Origin: Lingula anatina
Taxonomy: Eukaryota; Animalia; Brachiopoda
DNA: 64,000 nt
Direction: 5' to 3'
Assembly: GCA_051362555.1 (NCBI GenBank)
Contig: CM120649.1
Location: 8,928,001-8,992,000 of the forward strand
This document shows, piece by piece, positions 51,808-64,000 of the stretch (position 1 is its first letter; every line of letters begins with the position of its first letter). The translations under genes and the position numbers were made by a program. The notes beneath the pieces were generated by a model. It was not told the DNA's origin, searched no databases, and worked only from the letters and a program-made list of their open reading frames with translations.

Positions 51808-52185
51808 TGTGTGTGTGTGTGTGTGTGTGTGAAATGAAATGATTTCATTTTACCCACTCATTTGTATGGAAAAGACTGCTGGTACTCTTGGAATAATTGT
51901 TTTAGAAAGTGAAAAGGTTTGTGAATTTTGTCTATAACAAAGTGACATGAAACCTAGGAAATATTACTGATGTGAACATATCCCTTTTTTAATAAGACCA
52001 AAATCAGCTGGGATTTTAAAATTGTTTTTATTAATTTGTTTTATACTTTTCAGTTAGAACTCATTTACCTCTAAGGATCCGAAGTAATTGGAATATTTCA
52101 AGCTGCCCAAATGTCTGAACACATTATGACCCGTTTTAAATAAAGCAAGACAACTACAGGCCATGCTTGCAGCTTCTTATGAATA

Positions 52186-54080
52186 CGGTAATGTGCCAAG
52201 CATTTCGACAGGCCCAGTCAATCCGACCACAAAAATTATTTTATAAAATTAATTTTTCTGGGCTCAAACAATTAGTCCATACGTCAAAATCATGGGACAG
52301 AATTTTTTTCTTGTTCCGATTGTTCGACCACATCGTCGACAAGACTCCGTAAATTTTCAAGCCAGTGAAATAGATGCTGCATGCCTCGGCCCTTTGTCAA
52401 TTGTTGTCCTTTCAGTAGCTCTCGTCAATGAGGAAGAAACAATTAATTGAAGATCTAATCTGGAAGCATGACGTACCTGTCTTTTCCTTTGTCCCCTATG
52501 ACAATAATAGTGCTTATAGACATACAAATTTTGCTATTAAGCAGACTTGCCCTCGCTGACTGATTCATCACGCCCGTAACTGGGGAGGGGGGGGGGTTAA
52601 AAAAAGGTCTATGCTGGATGAAACCAAATATCGACAGTGGGTAGAATACGTCGTAAACACCTTCATATAGACCATATATCGCGTTTGCTAGCACTAATAA
52701 AAAGTTTGGGAAGAATAAGCAATTTATTTTCAAGTTCGATTGAAATATATATGCAGATGGGGAAACGTTCTTGAAGTCAACACCGCAAGATTTTACATTT
52801 ACTACAATCGACCGAAAGATCAGCGGGATCGACCGCCCAGACTTCTTGGCGCCAAATACCATGCGCTGTCAAAATCTGACGAACACGTGTCGCTGTTCAC
52901 CTACATGGATAACTGATTTGTCAACAATAAAAATGACGTCTTCCTTAACTCCATGGGAGCTTCATAGAGAGTTCCACTGGGTATTTACGTTACCTGTGAG
53001 TCACTTTCTATTTCCCCAGATGCATGAAATGTTGATAATATTTAGCGTATTCCACGGCGAACTCCATTCCTGTGACCCCCTCCCCCAAAATGGGACCGTC
53101 TTCATTAACATGTGGATTGCGCTATGCTAGAGCAGACCAGATAAAACCAGTCTCTCATTTCTGCATGTGCTCAATTCTCACGTCAAATTATAAATGCGCC
53201 TGTTTTGTGAAAATTATGGCAAGTAAATGCTTTTTTTACGTTCTGGTTGTATCAGTGGGGTTTTCAATATGCACCGTGGTTTGTGCACAGCGAGAGTATA
53301 TAAGTAAGAAAATCGGAAGAATGCCAGCAAAATACTGTATGTCTATCGGCACAGGTACGCTCCGTATTTTGCCTTTTGTCAATATGTTTTTATATGACGT
53401 TTTTTAAATAAAATACTTAATAGTAATTTGAAGTTACACTGATTTCCGTTTGAGTACCAGTTGGTATTCTTTGATACGGGTGATTGAATTTTCTTCGGAA
53501 GTACGTACGTCTACGCATCGACGCTGAGCAAGCCTTGCGGGTTGAAAACAACTGATCTCAGACTGGTAAAAAATTTCAATTCGGTTGATTTCAGTTGTCA
53601 TATTAAAATTCAAATAGGGCGTACGTAGATCACATAACTATTTGAAGTCCACTAAAGCCACCGGTTTCAAATATAAGTGACCGGCCTTTGTTTACAACAC
53701 CTGTCTCCGGGGAAATACTCGTCCCACTTGTGAAGCGCATCATGAAAGTGATCGTAGGTGAGGGAAATATATCATCAAAAATTATAATTGTCGTCTTTTT
53801 TAATGTTAAGTAATGTTAGCACATATTGTACACAGCAAAATAAGATTTCAGGAGGATAAAACATGGCTGAAACACATGTAAGGCGAAAATTGCGGCTTAT
53901 CTTGCGTAACACTTCCGGTAAAATGCAATACTTCCGGAAAGATGGATGTTTTGGCAGATGCCCCTAACAATCCGACGATATCAAAGGTTTCCATTTGCTG
54001 TATTTTAATCAATTCGACCAAACTGACATTTCCATGAAATTAATTAATTAATCTTGGTCGAATTGTTTGGCATATTACCG
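52186..54080. mobile_element. 1.9-kb non-autonomous Tc1/mariner-like element, copy B specific
   Basis: ta|cggtaatgtgccaagcatttcgac ... gtcgaattgtttggcatattaccg|ta (24-bp TIR, 3 mismatches, TA TSD). Empty site ttatgaataccac at ~18165-18177. No transposase ORF recognised. Confidence 0.88.
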
Positions 54081-54484
54081 TACCACTATAATTACTGAAG
54101 ACAGTGATTTCTTTTTGTATTTTTAAGTATCATATATAAACTGACAATTGTTTCTCATGAAAACTAGCCATATCCAGACATTTCCTTGGTACTGCGCACC
54201 TTCTGTGACATTCCATCCCTTGATATTACAATTTGGATTAAGAAACTTGCATAATTAAAGAATTGTCATATCTATTTTATTTAAATGTGAAAATGCTGAA
54301 ATGTATAAGCAAAAATATAATACTCAGTAATTGAGCTGTTTTTGGGTAAGTACATATACCACTGTTCATGTATGTATCTATAGTTAAATGTTTTTTCAAT
54401 GTAAAAGAAGTAAAATAAGAAATGTGATTAAACATTTTGAGATAAATTAGCTAGCACTGGGATCAGGGAGTCAGAATTTTTTGA

Positions 54485-54725
54485 AATAAAGTAATTGATG
54501 TAGTACTTCATTTATTGTGCATTGGAATAAAGTAATTGATGTAGTATTTTATTTATTGTGCATTGGAATAAAGTAATTGATGTAGTACTTCATTTTATGT
54601 GCATTGGAATAAAGTAATTGATGTAGTATTTTATTTATTGTGCATTGGAATAAAGTAATTGATGTAGTATTTTATTTATTGTGCATTGGAATAAAGTAAT
54701 TGATGTAGTACTTCATTTATTGTAA
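54485..54725 (+). repeat. 41-bp minisatellite, ~6 units
   Basis: Same unit as 18581-18706; aataaagt recurs at 54485, 54526 and onward. Confidence 0.9.
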
Positions 54726-55560
54726 ATAAAGGTCAGTAGTAATAAGTACTTAAGCTATGAGGTGATGACTTTTTCATTATTGATATGTCTTATTGTTATA
54801 ATTATTGTTATATCTCACACACACTACATTCATAAGTAATGATCAATGTAGCTATCTTGAGCATAATCAGGCGAAAAAAAAATAAATAAATAAAAATAAA
54901 ATAAAATAATAATCCTGTCTGTTGGTATTGGAAGATCAGCAGATTATAATGTTAGGGACATGAAATGGATGTGAAATGTTTGTTAATAAAGTTTTTAACA
55001 TTGTGGTTGAGAGATTCCTGGGTTCAAAGCACTGCCTTTTTGCTGGAAAAGTCCACTCTTAATCAGAATTTAATCTAGGCTCTTTCTCAAGTTTGGACAA
55101 CTATTGGGGTTTACTATTGGGGTTTACAGAAAATTGCATTTTTATTGTAAAACTAAGATAATGATATACTGAAGTTTTTTTAATTGACTGCCACAGTCGT
55201 AAAAATTCTCTAGTAGTTCTGCACTGTCCTCCCTGCAAAATAAGATAAAAACATTAAAATATAATTCACTTAAAACATATTAGTTATTAAAAGGCAGCAA
55301 TCCAACAACCACCAGCTCTTGGCTGCTATCATATAATAATTGCCATTAAAATACATTTTTTACCAGTTGTTTGACATAGTTTGCCTCTTAAAAACTTCAA
55401 CTTAGCTATGATGCCATCCAAAAAAGGAAGCAAACAAAACTTTCATATGACAGTAAAATTAATCTGTTCTTTTGAAAATGATGTCAAATTTTCCTAATTT
55501 CTGAATGTTTGAAGTGATAATTTTTATTTAATAATAATAATGAATAATAATAATAACCAT

Positions 55561-58500
55561 TTATGTCCTTGACCTGTGCCTAAAGCAGGATGTAAAAATG
55601 TTAAATAATCTCCGCCACCGTGAAGGACGGCGATCCTTGGGTGCTGAAATATATGACAAAACATTACTCCGTAAAATGCTATAATATATTATAACCTTCA
55701 ATATACAGTCTGTGCACCATCTTATTTCATAAATAAATCAACATTGAAACACATTTACCACTGTTAAGAATAATCAAATTTTGAATGTCAATTAATACTT
55801 GCCAAGAGAACAAATACTAACTGTTTGCACAACATAAGGAGTGTATGTATGTGTGTGTGTGCATGCAAGTGCATACACAATCACATTTTAACACTGTAAT
55901 AAGTAGATACCTATTATATAGACCCTGTCGTCTTACCTCTCTCCTTCACGTCCTCTATCACAATTTTTGTGTCTTTGACCTCAACTGAAGAAAAAAATGG
56001 AAAACAAAATAATTCTGTCCATGAGCATAACAAGGATATCACACACAGACAAAGATACAATAATGAATAAGATCACCTGACAGTGAATTAACACAATGAT
56101 TGTGTATGAGAGCCTGCTTCTCTGTGTGTATGTGTGTGTGTGTGTAAACTTTTTGGGTGTGTTTAAATGGACCTAACTTTCTTACCTCTTTTCTTGATAT
56201 CCTCAGCAAGTGACACACTGTTTGCATCTTTAATGTCGGCTGAAGCAAAAAATATGGAATAGAAACCAAATGAAACAAAATCCATGTTCAAACAGAATTC
56301 GGGCACAAATACAGAATTACATTGGTGAAAACACATTCAAATACAATTCACTTAAAATAAATTTGGATCTTCTTAAGTATGCTAAAGACAAGACTTTGGA
56401 TAAGCAACGTGGTGTGTGTGTGTACTGTGTGAGAGTGCATGTTAGTGCATGTGGACACATGTGCATTACTGAGTTTCTGGTCTCACCTATCTCCTCAATA
56501 CTTTTAACAACTGTTAAAACTGTTGCATATTTCTTGTCTTTGGTATCAACTGAAAGAACAGAAGCAAATTTAAAGGAGTGCAAATCATGTTCAATCTTTA
56601 CACAGTTAAAAGCATGGATTTTTCTGAAAATAAAGAGTGTGTGTGTGTGTGTGCAAGTGTGCACATGTGTACATTTCATATGTGTATTTAAATAATAAAT
56701 ATTTTACTGAGATTTCTGTCTTACCAGTCTCTTCAGTGTTAGGAGCCTTTACTCTGTTATCATCCTTGGTATCAACTGAAACAGAATAATTAAAATGAAA
56801 AGGAATACAATTTATATTGAATCTAAGCTTAACACGTTACGTTACGGCAGTAGTAATGTAATTACAGGTAAGTAAGAAACAAGAGGGGATGTGTTAGTCA
56901 GTTATGTTTTTTTATTAATCTGATTGCATTCTGAAGTTTCCATGGAGTTAGTGCACATTGACTAGGTAGACAAAATTGACCAAATTCATTGTGAATGGTC
57001 CCTGGTAATCAACAGCTTCAAGGGTCAAGACTTGCACCCTGAGAGTTAAGGTGTTTGTAGTCAAAAACATTGATAATTTTACTTCAAGATTCCTTGCAAA
57101 TAGTGAGAATGAACAAACACACCAAGTAAATTGCTAAAATCAACTGAATTATTACCTGCAATTTGCTTATCACTGGTGTGGACTTCAGGTTCATATGTGT
57201 AGTTAGACTCTGGAATAAGATGCATACATTTTTTGTTATTCACAAATCATGATAAAGACATTGTGAATGAAATAGTCTAAATTTCATTAGATAGAATTAA
57301 AGGGCCATTTCCTTCCATATCTTACATTTTATATAATAATATTGTTAATTCGCCTTTCTTTCCATTAGTTAGATTTAATAGAATTACAAGACCTTTTATT
57401 TCCATGTCCAGTTCTCCCCATGTACAGGTCACTTCCATGCTGTCCTTGGTGGTCACCTGGAGGCACCTGTTCCTAAAGGGTTCAGGCTCCCATATCCAGC
57501 CAGACCCAGGGTGGTAAGGCTAGATAAATAAATAAATAAATAAATAAATTGAAGATAAGTTGATGTCTGAAATGAAAAAGAAAATTCAAATGAAAAGATA
57601 CATATATTTAAAATTTGACTGATCAAATACATTGTAATCTACAAGAAATGAATGAAGCTAAAAAAAAAAAACACTTAAATTTGTTGAACTTAGATTTTAT
57701 TTTTCAATAAAAAGGAAAATTATTTTCATCTCAGTTCATTTGTCATTACAAATAAATTAATATATTATACTTACGTTTTGCGGTCTAACAAACTTCCACT
57801 CTATATTTGCAGCCTTGGGCAGAAGAACTTCCGCCCTTAGAACAGGGACACCCAACTCGGTGCACCTAGCAAGGTTTACACCACGTTGGGTGTCCCATGT
57901 TCCAAGGGCAGTTCCTCTGCCCACTGCTTTGGCTTTTAAGATATTGTCCTTTAGGACTATTCGAACAGTGGCCATGGCTGTTCAAAATGAAACAGAAAAT
58001 AGAAAGAAATCTTGTCAATATATCTTTTTTGATGTTGTAATTGCAGACATTCAAATCACTCACTAAATATAAAAAAGGGATATATTGCATTCTTATTATG
58101 AATAAGTAAGTCAATTTCTTTTTCATTTATATAAGAACATTTAAAAGTATGCAAGAGCAGTTTAGGAAAATGTATTGATTTGGTAGAACATGTATTAGAC
58201 TTGGTCCCCATACCTAGATCTATCTTACATAGGATCAATCCATCTCCAAGGGGTTTCTCCCTAAATTACAATCAACTTAAGCAGCTTATATTAGAAGTGT
58301 GCCAGAAGCTGCTAGGGGGATATTAATGATCATTTAGCACCTTCAGTAGGAGTGGCAGACATCTAAGACGCTTAAGATGAAAGCAATTTTGGGAGAAACC
58401 CCTTGGAGATGGACCGGTCCTGTTAGATCGATCTAGGTATGGGAACTCAGTCTATGACTCATACAGTGTACAGCCTGATTATATATTAATAACTCCTCGT

Positions 58501-58590
58501 GCATGCACACAGACACACACACACACACACACACAACTTACGAGCACACTGCTCTTCTTTATTATTTTCAATTTCCATATCAACTGACAT
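55561..58590 (-). CDS. CBM20 domain protein, 243 aa, 9 coding exons (copy B paralog)
   Basis: Exons 58590-58542, 57977-57775, 57519-57393, 57209-57156, 56775-56725, 56549-56487, 56239-56186, 55984-55937, 55643-55561. Exon lengths and splice sites match copy A, with no stops or frameshifts. Substitutions seen: METE>MEIE, KAKIV>KAKAV, VDAKD>VDTKD, VNVKD>VEVKD, FNLF>FNIF, FRRR>FRHR. Confidence 0.85.
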
Positions 58591-58715
58591 CTGCAAGAAA
58601 TAAATCAAATCATACTTTAACAAGTTCCAATATCTTTCTTTTGTAGTGATACACACCATTATATTGGGATGATCAGCAAAAAATTAACGTTGTGTAACAA
58701 GAAATTCTCCATAAC

Positions 58716-60591
58716 TAGGGAGGTCAGGTCACAAAGCTCACGCAGTCGAAAACGGGAAGAAATCTAACCTCGCTGTTTGTTTTCTATCATAACTTCCAAG
58801 ATTTGGGTCCTATGATAAATATGAAAATATATTTAAAAAGTGCATTGAATGGGCTTTCTAACAATATGTGTAACAATGTATCATGTCTCCGTTGTAAGCC
58901 TCCAGCCACGAAAATGCTGTGAGAAATCGCTGGTGATTTCACTTCCTCGTTTGGTTCCCACTATTTACGAATTTTGCTCAACATGCGCGTTTCGCGCCAT
59001 TTTTCTAAAAGCTCCGTACGGCGTCCCGGATGTTATTTCCTCATATTTGGACACATATTCATGAGAAAAATGAATCAAGCGTTCGAGTGAGGGGTTACAG
59101 AAGTTTACTCAACCGAAAACAGCAACCAAAACTAGCTTGTAAAGTTTTTAATCGTGTTTTAGAGTTAGAATAACGAATTTCTGAAAGTTCTGTAACCCCT
59201 ACCTAAATTTTTTAACTAATTCTCGGTTCAAATCAGTTTTTTATTTATCATTTTTTGGTAAGATAGAGCCGTAACAGCCGTTAGAAAATCAGTGACTTTG
59301 ATCTTACCGCAAACAAAATGGCGGACGCACCAAGCTGTTCTGCTGATGAAAAAGCAACTGCACTTTCAGTACCCAAAGAGGATCAAGATATCAGAATATC
59401 TAATCAGAAAATCTTTGAATTGTTCACGAAACCCAGTGATATTGATAAAACGCCTACAATTCAATAATATAGAGTTTATTTTATTTTTCAAACAAAGTAT
59501 GAAATAACGTATGATATTGATGGGGCTAATGCTTTTTTCGTCTTTGAACTCGTCAGTGAACATAAAAGGGGAATGTTAATTAAAATCATGGAGATATGCA
59601 ATAACTCTAGAATGGTTTATGACAGCCGAACAAAAGGGAACAAAATAAATAAATATTTATTTATTTTTTCTTAACAACAAAAAACGGAAAATTCCTAAAA
59701 CTGCCATTATGTTATGGCAGTCTCCCCAAAAAATCTCGCTGGTTTTTGTATTACCTACCTGCTATGATGTCCAATATCAATTAATTTTTTTTGGCAAAAT
59801 TATACCTTACCAAAATCGGATATTATTTATTTTCATTGTGCATTCTTGTATTTTTTACTAGTTAAACCTTAAAATCGTATATGCAATTGTCATTGTAATA
59901 TTGGTTGCCATGGCAACAGTGACAGAGTATTTGTTTACTACTTAACTTAAATTAATAAACTGAGTACCAAGAGTGTTTCCCACTTCATATTCAGTTTCAA
60001 ATTCATGATAATGTGTAAAAAGTAATTCAAACAGTTACCATAGCAACAGCTATCATAATGACGATTTTCATAGCAACAGATACATTAGAAGCTATCATTC
60101 TTTATTTTAGTGATGGCACATTATTTAGCATTATTTTCATCCAAAAGTAGCCTTTGGGCAGTGATGCTGAAGCCTTAGGTTGAAAAAAAAAAAAAAAAAA
60201 ATATCGATCGCTATTGATATTTAGCAATGGTTGCCATGGAAATAATGGATAAATTACAGAAAATTGAATCTTGTCAGATTCTTCTTGGCATAGTGTAACT
60301 TTCCAGAAAATTTCAAATGGATATTTCACTCCATTCAAAAGTTATGCCAATTTTGTTCTATTGATTGGGCAATTAGGTGACACTTTTGGCTTCCACTGTT
60401 ACATATGCTTGCATACAAGACATTTTCAAAATTTTGTGGCCGACTAGCATTCTTGAAAATTTAATAACTTTTGATTGGCTTGCTTGATTTTCAAAAATTA
60501 AAATGTTTTGGAAAGCTCATGAGTTGCTCTATCAGATAAAATCATTTTGGCTGATATTTATGTTACTATCAAAGTTGACCTGACCTCCCTA
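58716..60591. mobile_element. 1.9-kb non-autonomous TIR transposon with 7-bp TSD in intron 1 of CBM20 copy B
   Basis: ccataac|tagggaggtcaggtca ... tgacctgacctcccta|ccataac (perfect 16-bp TIR). Empty site ttctccgtaacctgg at ~22331-22345. Superfamily uncertain (P or hAT-like). Confidence 0.9.
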
Positions 60592-60645
60592 CCATAACCT
60601 GGATACAAACTTTCATGGTCAATTTTGAACAAAAATATAACTTAC

Positions 60646-60797
60646 CAGCGATTGTGCAAGATTATCTCTTTACTTTGTTTACTAAAGCAATAAACAGGAA
60701 TAATTACTGTATAAAGAAATTTGATTGGACGGCTCCTGTATTGTTCCTTAACTTTAAACCAATCGGAATGGCGCTATTTTGACGGTCTCGACGTGAC
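60646..60797 (-). promoter_or_regulatory. Putative non-coding first exon and core promoter of CBM20 gene copy B
   Basis: Near-identical to 22389-22540 (donor, two CCAAT boxes, GACGTGAC). Confidence 0.5.
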
Positions 60798-61716
60798 ACT
60801 CTCTGCTTTACAAATCACACTATATCACACACAACTAGAGCCTGGTTATCCTGTGTAAGATGCTTATGCCCCCATCCTTGCACGGTTTTTTTGGGAAGCA
60901 GGCGATGAACCTCTGACTCATATCGGTTGGGGTCTATGGTGTAAACCCAAAGTCTCACCTCTTGCACAGCGCCATCTATACTCAATGTTAACATAGCGTC
61001 AGTGATAATGCCGAAAATTTCATCAAACTTTCTGCACACTGAGTGTCATCCTCTGTCAGGGCCTTCTTAAATGGTTCTGTCATAGTGTCTATTGCAAAAC
61101 TTCACCTATGAGGTCAGGATAAAACATCTGAAATGAAGGATACATATATAGGTATGGACTGTGTCAGTTGTTCACTGTTCACATCACGATGCAATGTGCT
61201 TGTCACAATGTGACGATATTTTAAGTTTTATAGACCGCAAGTGCTTATGGAAAACAGACAAGATTGAATGCCGTCATCCACTTCAACTTTTTCATCTGTA
61301 ATGATGCAACATTTTGCGATGGCAGGTGAGATGATTATAAATCAAAGCACAACTGACGTTTTGTCTTCTTTTATAAATACAATTTCTTATTGTTCTTCTT
61401 GAGTCATCTGACGAAATAGTAATAACTTGACTGTGGAGTGATCACTTACGTGTATTAGTACCACCGTCCCGAGCTTCAGACACCACTGGAAATCCACTTC
61501 TTCTGTATTACCAGCACTAGTATAGTGTAACTAACAAAAATACTAATTTTTTACTCATTTCCTCACGGTTTATTTGTTGAACAGAACTAATATAATGTCA
61601 TTACTCTCAGACTCTGGAACTTCTTGAGGAAAATGCCTGACCATTGAGTTTTTTGTCCCTTCCAGTCCATTATATGACTTAAGTCTACTTCACTGACCTA
61701 AGAAGAACAGAAATCA

Positions 61717-62117
61717 CTGCCACAATGGAACACAATGACTCCAGACTGCTACACTATGCTAGGAAGCACAGGACTATACTGCCACAATGGAACACAATGA
61801 CTCCTGACTACTACACTGTACTAGGAAGCACAGGACTATACTGCCACAATGGAACACAATGACTCCAGACTGCTACACTATGCTAGGAAGCACAGGACTA
61901 TACTGCCACAATGGAACACAATGACTCCAGACTACTACACTGTACTAGGAAGCACAGGACTATACTGTCACAATGGAACGCAATGACTCCAGACTACTAC
62001 AGTGTACTAGGAAGCACAGGACTATACTGTCACAATGGAACATGATGACTCCAGACTACACTATACTAGGAGGCACAGGACTATACTGCTACAATGGAAC
62101 ACAATGATTCCAGACTA
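61717..62117 (+). repeat. 62-bp minisatellite, ~6.5 units
   Basis: Same unit and flanks as 23476-24185. Confidence 0.95.
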
Positions 62118-62856
62118 ATTTTCAAGATGGTCAGATAACAACATGAGTTTCATTTATTAATTCATTTATTCTTTATATGTAGATCATATTGTCTTCTGGA
62201 TCTTTTCATATTTCAGGGAATTTTTGATTCTATAATGCTGCTTGATTTTAGCCTTTCAGTAACTTTTCATCTAGTTCAATGTAATGCTACCCTGAGTGTC
62301 AGGGCACAGTAAAAGCTAGCTTGTTAAAAATCTTGTGATGGGGTCGCTTTAACTAGCCCTGAGGAACAGTGACAGTGTACGATTTCTGTCAATCAAAAAG
62401 AACTGCTCCGCAGTTAATCTGCTGTTGAATGTCATTAAACCAAAATGAAACGTAAAACAGATTTAATTCTGCTTTATTTAATTTTTTATTTACTGTATTT
62501 AAGATGTAAAGTGAAAAATAAATAATATGTTTCTAAAAGAAAAAGATATATCCAATGTTTTTGTATTTTTGGCTTATCAAAGAACATTTGCTCCTGAAGA
62601 TATAAACACAATACATGTGCTTGCCCTGTACCAAGTTTGACAGCTACACTGTATGCCCGATACCACTATAAAGGCTGCGCAATGGCTAGACCAAACTCCG
62701 TTTTTTAAAGCAGAATGTTGCTTGTGTTGTGGTACTGACCTTCGACTGCAAGATATTCTTAGTTCAAACTTCAGTTTCCACTTCAGCCACTTAGCTTCTT
62801 GTCTCGTCTAGATAACGTCAGCGCAAGTCGGGAAAGGCAGCTCCAGGCGGTCAAAC

Positions 62857-63412
62857 CTGTGACGTACGAGACTTATGACTTCCAAATATGCAGCTTAGGC
62901 GCAAACATCTGTGACATACAAGACTTGTGACTTCCAAATATGGAGGTCAGGCGCATACATCTGTGACATACAAGACTTGTGACTTCCAAATATGGAGGTC
63001 AGGCGCATACATTTGTGACATACAAGACTTGTGACTTCCAAATATGGAGGTCAGGCGCATACATTTGTGACATACAAGACTTGTGACTTCCAAATATGGA
63101 GGTCAGGCGCATACATTTGTGACATACAAGACTTGTGACTTCCAAATATGGAGGTCAGGCGCATACATTTGTGACATACAAGACTTGTGACTTCCAAATA
63201 TGGAGGTCAGGCGCATACATTTGTGACATACAAGACTTGTGACTTCCAAATATGGAGGTCAGGCGCATACATTTGTGACATACAAGACTTGTGACTTCCA
63301 AATATGGAGGTCAGGCGCATACATTTGTGACATACAAGACTTGTGACTTCCAAATATGGAGGTCAGGCGCATACATCTGTGACATACAAGACTTGTTACT
63401 TGCAAATATGGA
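62857..63412 (+). repeat. 52-bp minisatellite, ~11 highly homogeneous units
   Basis: gtgacatacaagacttgtgacttccaaatatggaggtcaggcgcatacat(c/t)t recurs at 62911, 62963, 63015 ... 63379. Confidence 0.95.
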
Positions 63413-63699
63413 AGCGCCCCAGGCAAAATTTTGCCGAAGGACGCCTCCAGGTGGCTAGAGTTTCATATTGCTGATATGGGATATATATGAAATCAAGATC
63501 GAGCTGGCAATAAGGAAATCTAGAACCTAGGGTATGTAATGCCTGATATTTGGGTGAATTTGTGCTGCTACTGATGTAAGAATTTTTATGTAAATCTCTC
63601 AGGTATTTTATTGCTTTGTCAAAGAAACCGAAGAAACAGTTTTAAGACCCATAAAAAGAGTAGATAGTTTTAAAGATAAATTTTTTTATCATCTTCCAG

Positions 63700-63817
63700 C
63701 TGATCACACATGTCCTCCACATAAGTTGGTATGTGGTAATGGCCGCTGTATTAACTTTATCATGGAGATGTGACCACAACAATGACTGTAGAGATGACAG
63801 TGATGAGGAAGGGTGTA
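63700..63817 (+). pseudogene. LDL-receptor class A repeat exon, frameshifted
   Basis: DHTCPPHKLVCGNGRCIN(+1)LSWRCDHNNDCRDDSDEEGC has the full six-Cys LDLa pattern and the DCxDxSDE motif. The expected donor gtaagt reads gaaagt. Confidence 0.85.
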
Positions 63818-64000
63818 GAAAGTGTTACTGAGAATGAAGATGGATATCAAAGAAATGGGTTGTCAAGTAGTGGGTAATGGCCTTTCTGAAGCTGTAAAGA
63901 TTGCTTGTCAATTTAGTACACATAGGAATTTAGAGACAAGTAATAGGTGCATTTTACTCAGAAAATATAACTTCTTTGTTAGAAAACGTGATATAAAATT

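Larger units (their letters stand above)
37520..63793 (+). repeat. Segmental duplication, copy B
   Basis: Colinear with 4525-25298. Longer mainly because of extra sequence at 45727-46987, 52186-54080, 58716-60591 and a minisatellite expansion. Confidence 0.95.

Noticed and set aside
52455-52862. ORF ending IIVIGDKGKDRYVMLPD, reminiscent of the tyrosine-recombinase/integron-integrase GKGxKxRxVxL hairpin
   Set aside because: A stop follows immediately, no R...HxxR...Y catalytic motifs are visible nearby, the rest of the ORF is low-complexity, and the host element has TIRs with a TA TSD. Probably chance; a profile search of 52186-54080 would settle it.

Overview
AT-rich, intron-containing eukaryotic DNA. 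The repeat types suggest a marine invertebrate such as a mollusc, but the taxon cannot be fixed from sequence alone. The window is mostly a large direct segmental duplication (copy A ~4.5-25.3 kb, copy B ~37.5-63.8 kb), with further homology between 1-2.3 kb and 29-36 kb. Each copy carries an intact minus-strand gene of 9 coding exons and 243 aa that the ORF track shows only in fragments. It encodes an N-terminal CBM20 (starch/glycogen-binding) domain, a linker built from tandem phase-1 microexons, and a basic amphipathic Cys-containing C-terminal tail, an architecture unlike laforin, STBD1 or GPCPD1. Also present are frameshifted LDL-receptor class A (LRP-like) exons, an intron-split Ginger/Gypsy-type integrase relic, a Penelope-like 3' remnant with a minimal hammerhead ribozyme, a complete Helentron-associated element with a 146-bp internal array, 194-bp satellite arrays, several minisatellites, and many non-autonomous DNA transposons. 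Comparing the two copies exposes filled and empty insertion sites, including two 29-32 bp palindromic inserts with 7-bp target duplications that look like P-element-type excision footprints. All alignments and translations were done by eye; no database searches were run.
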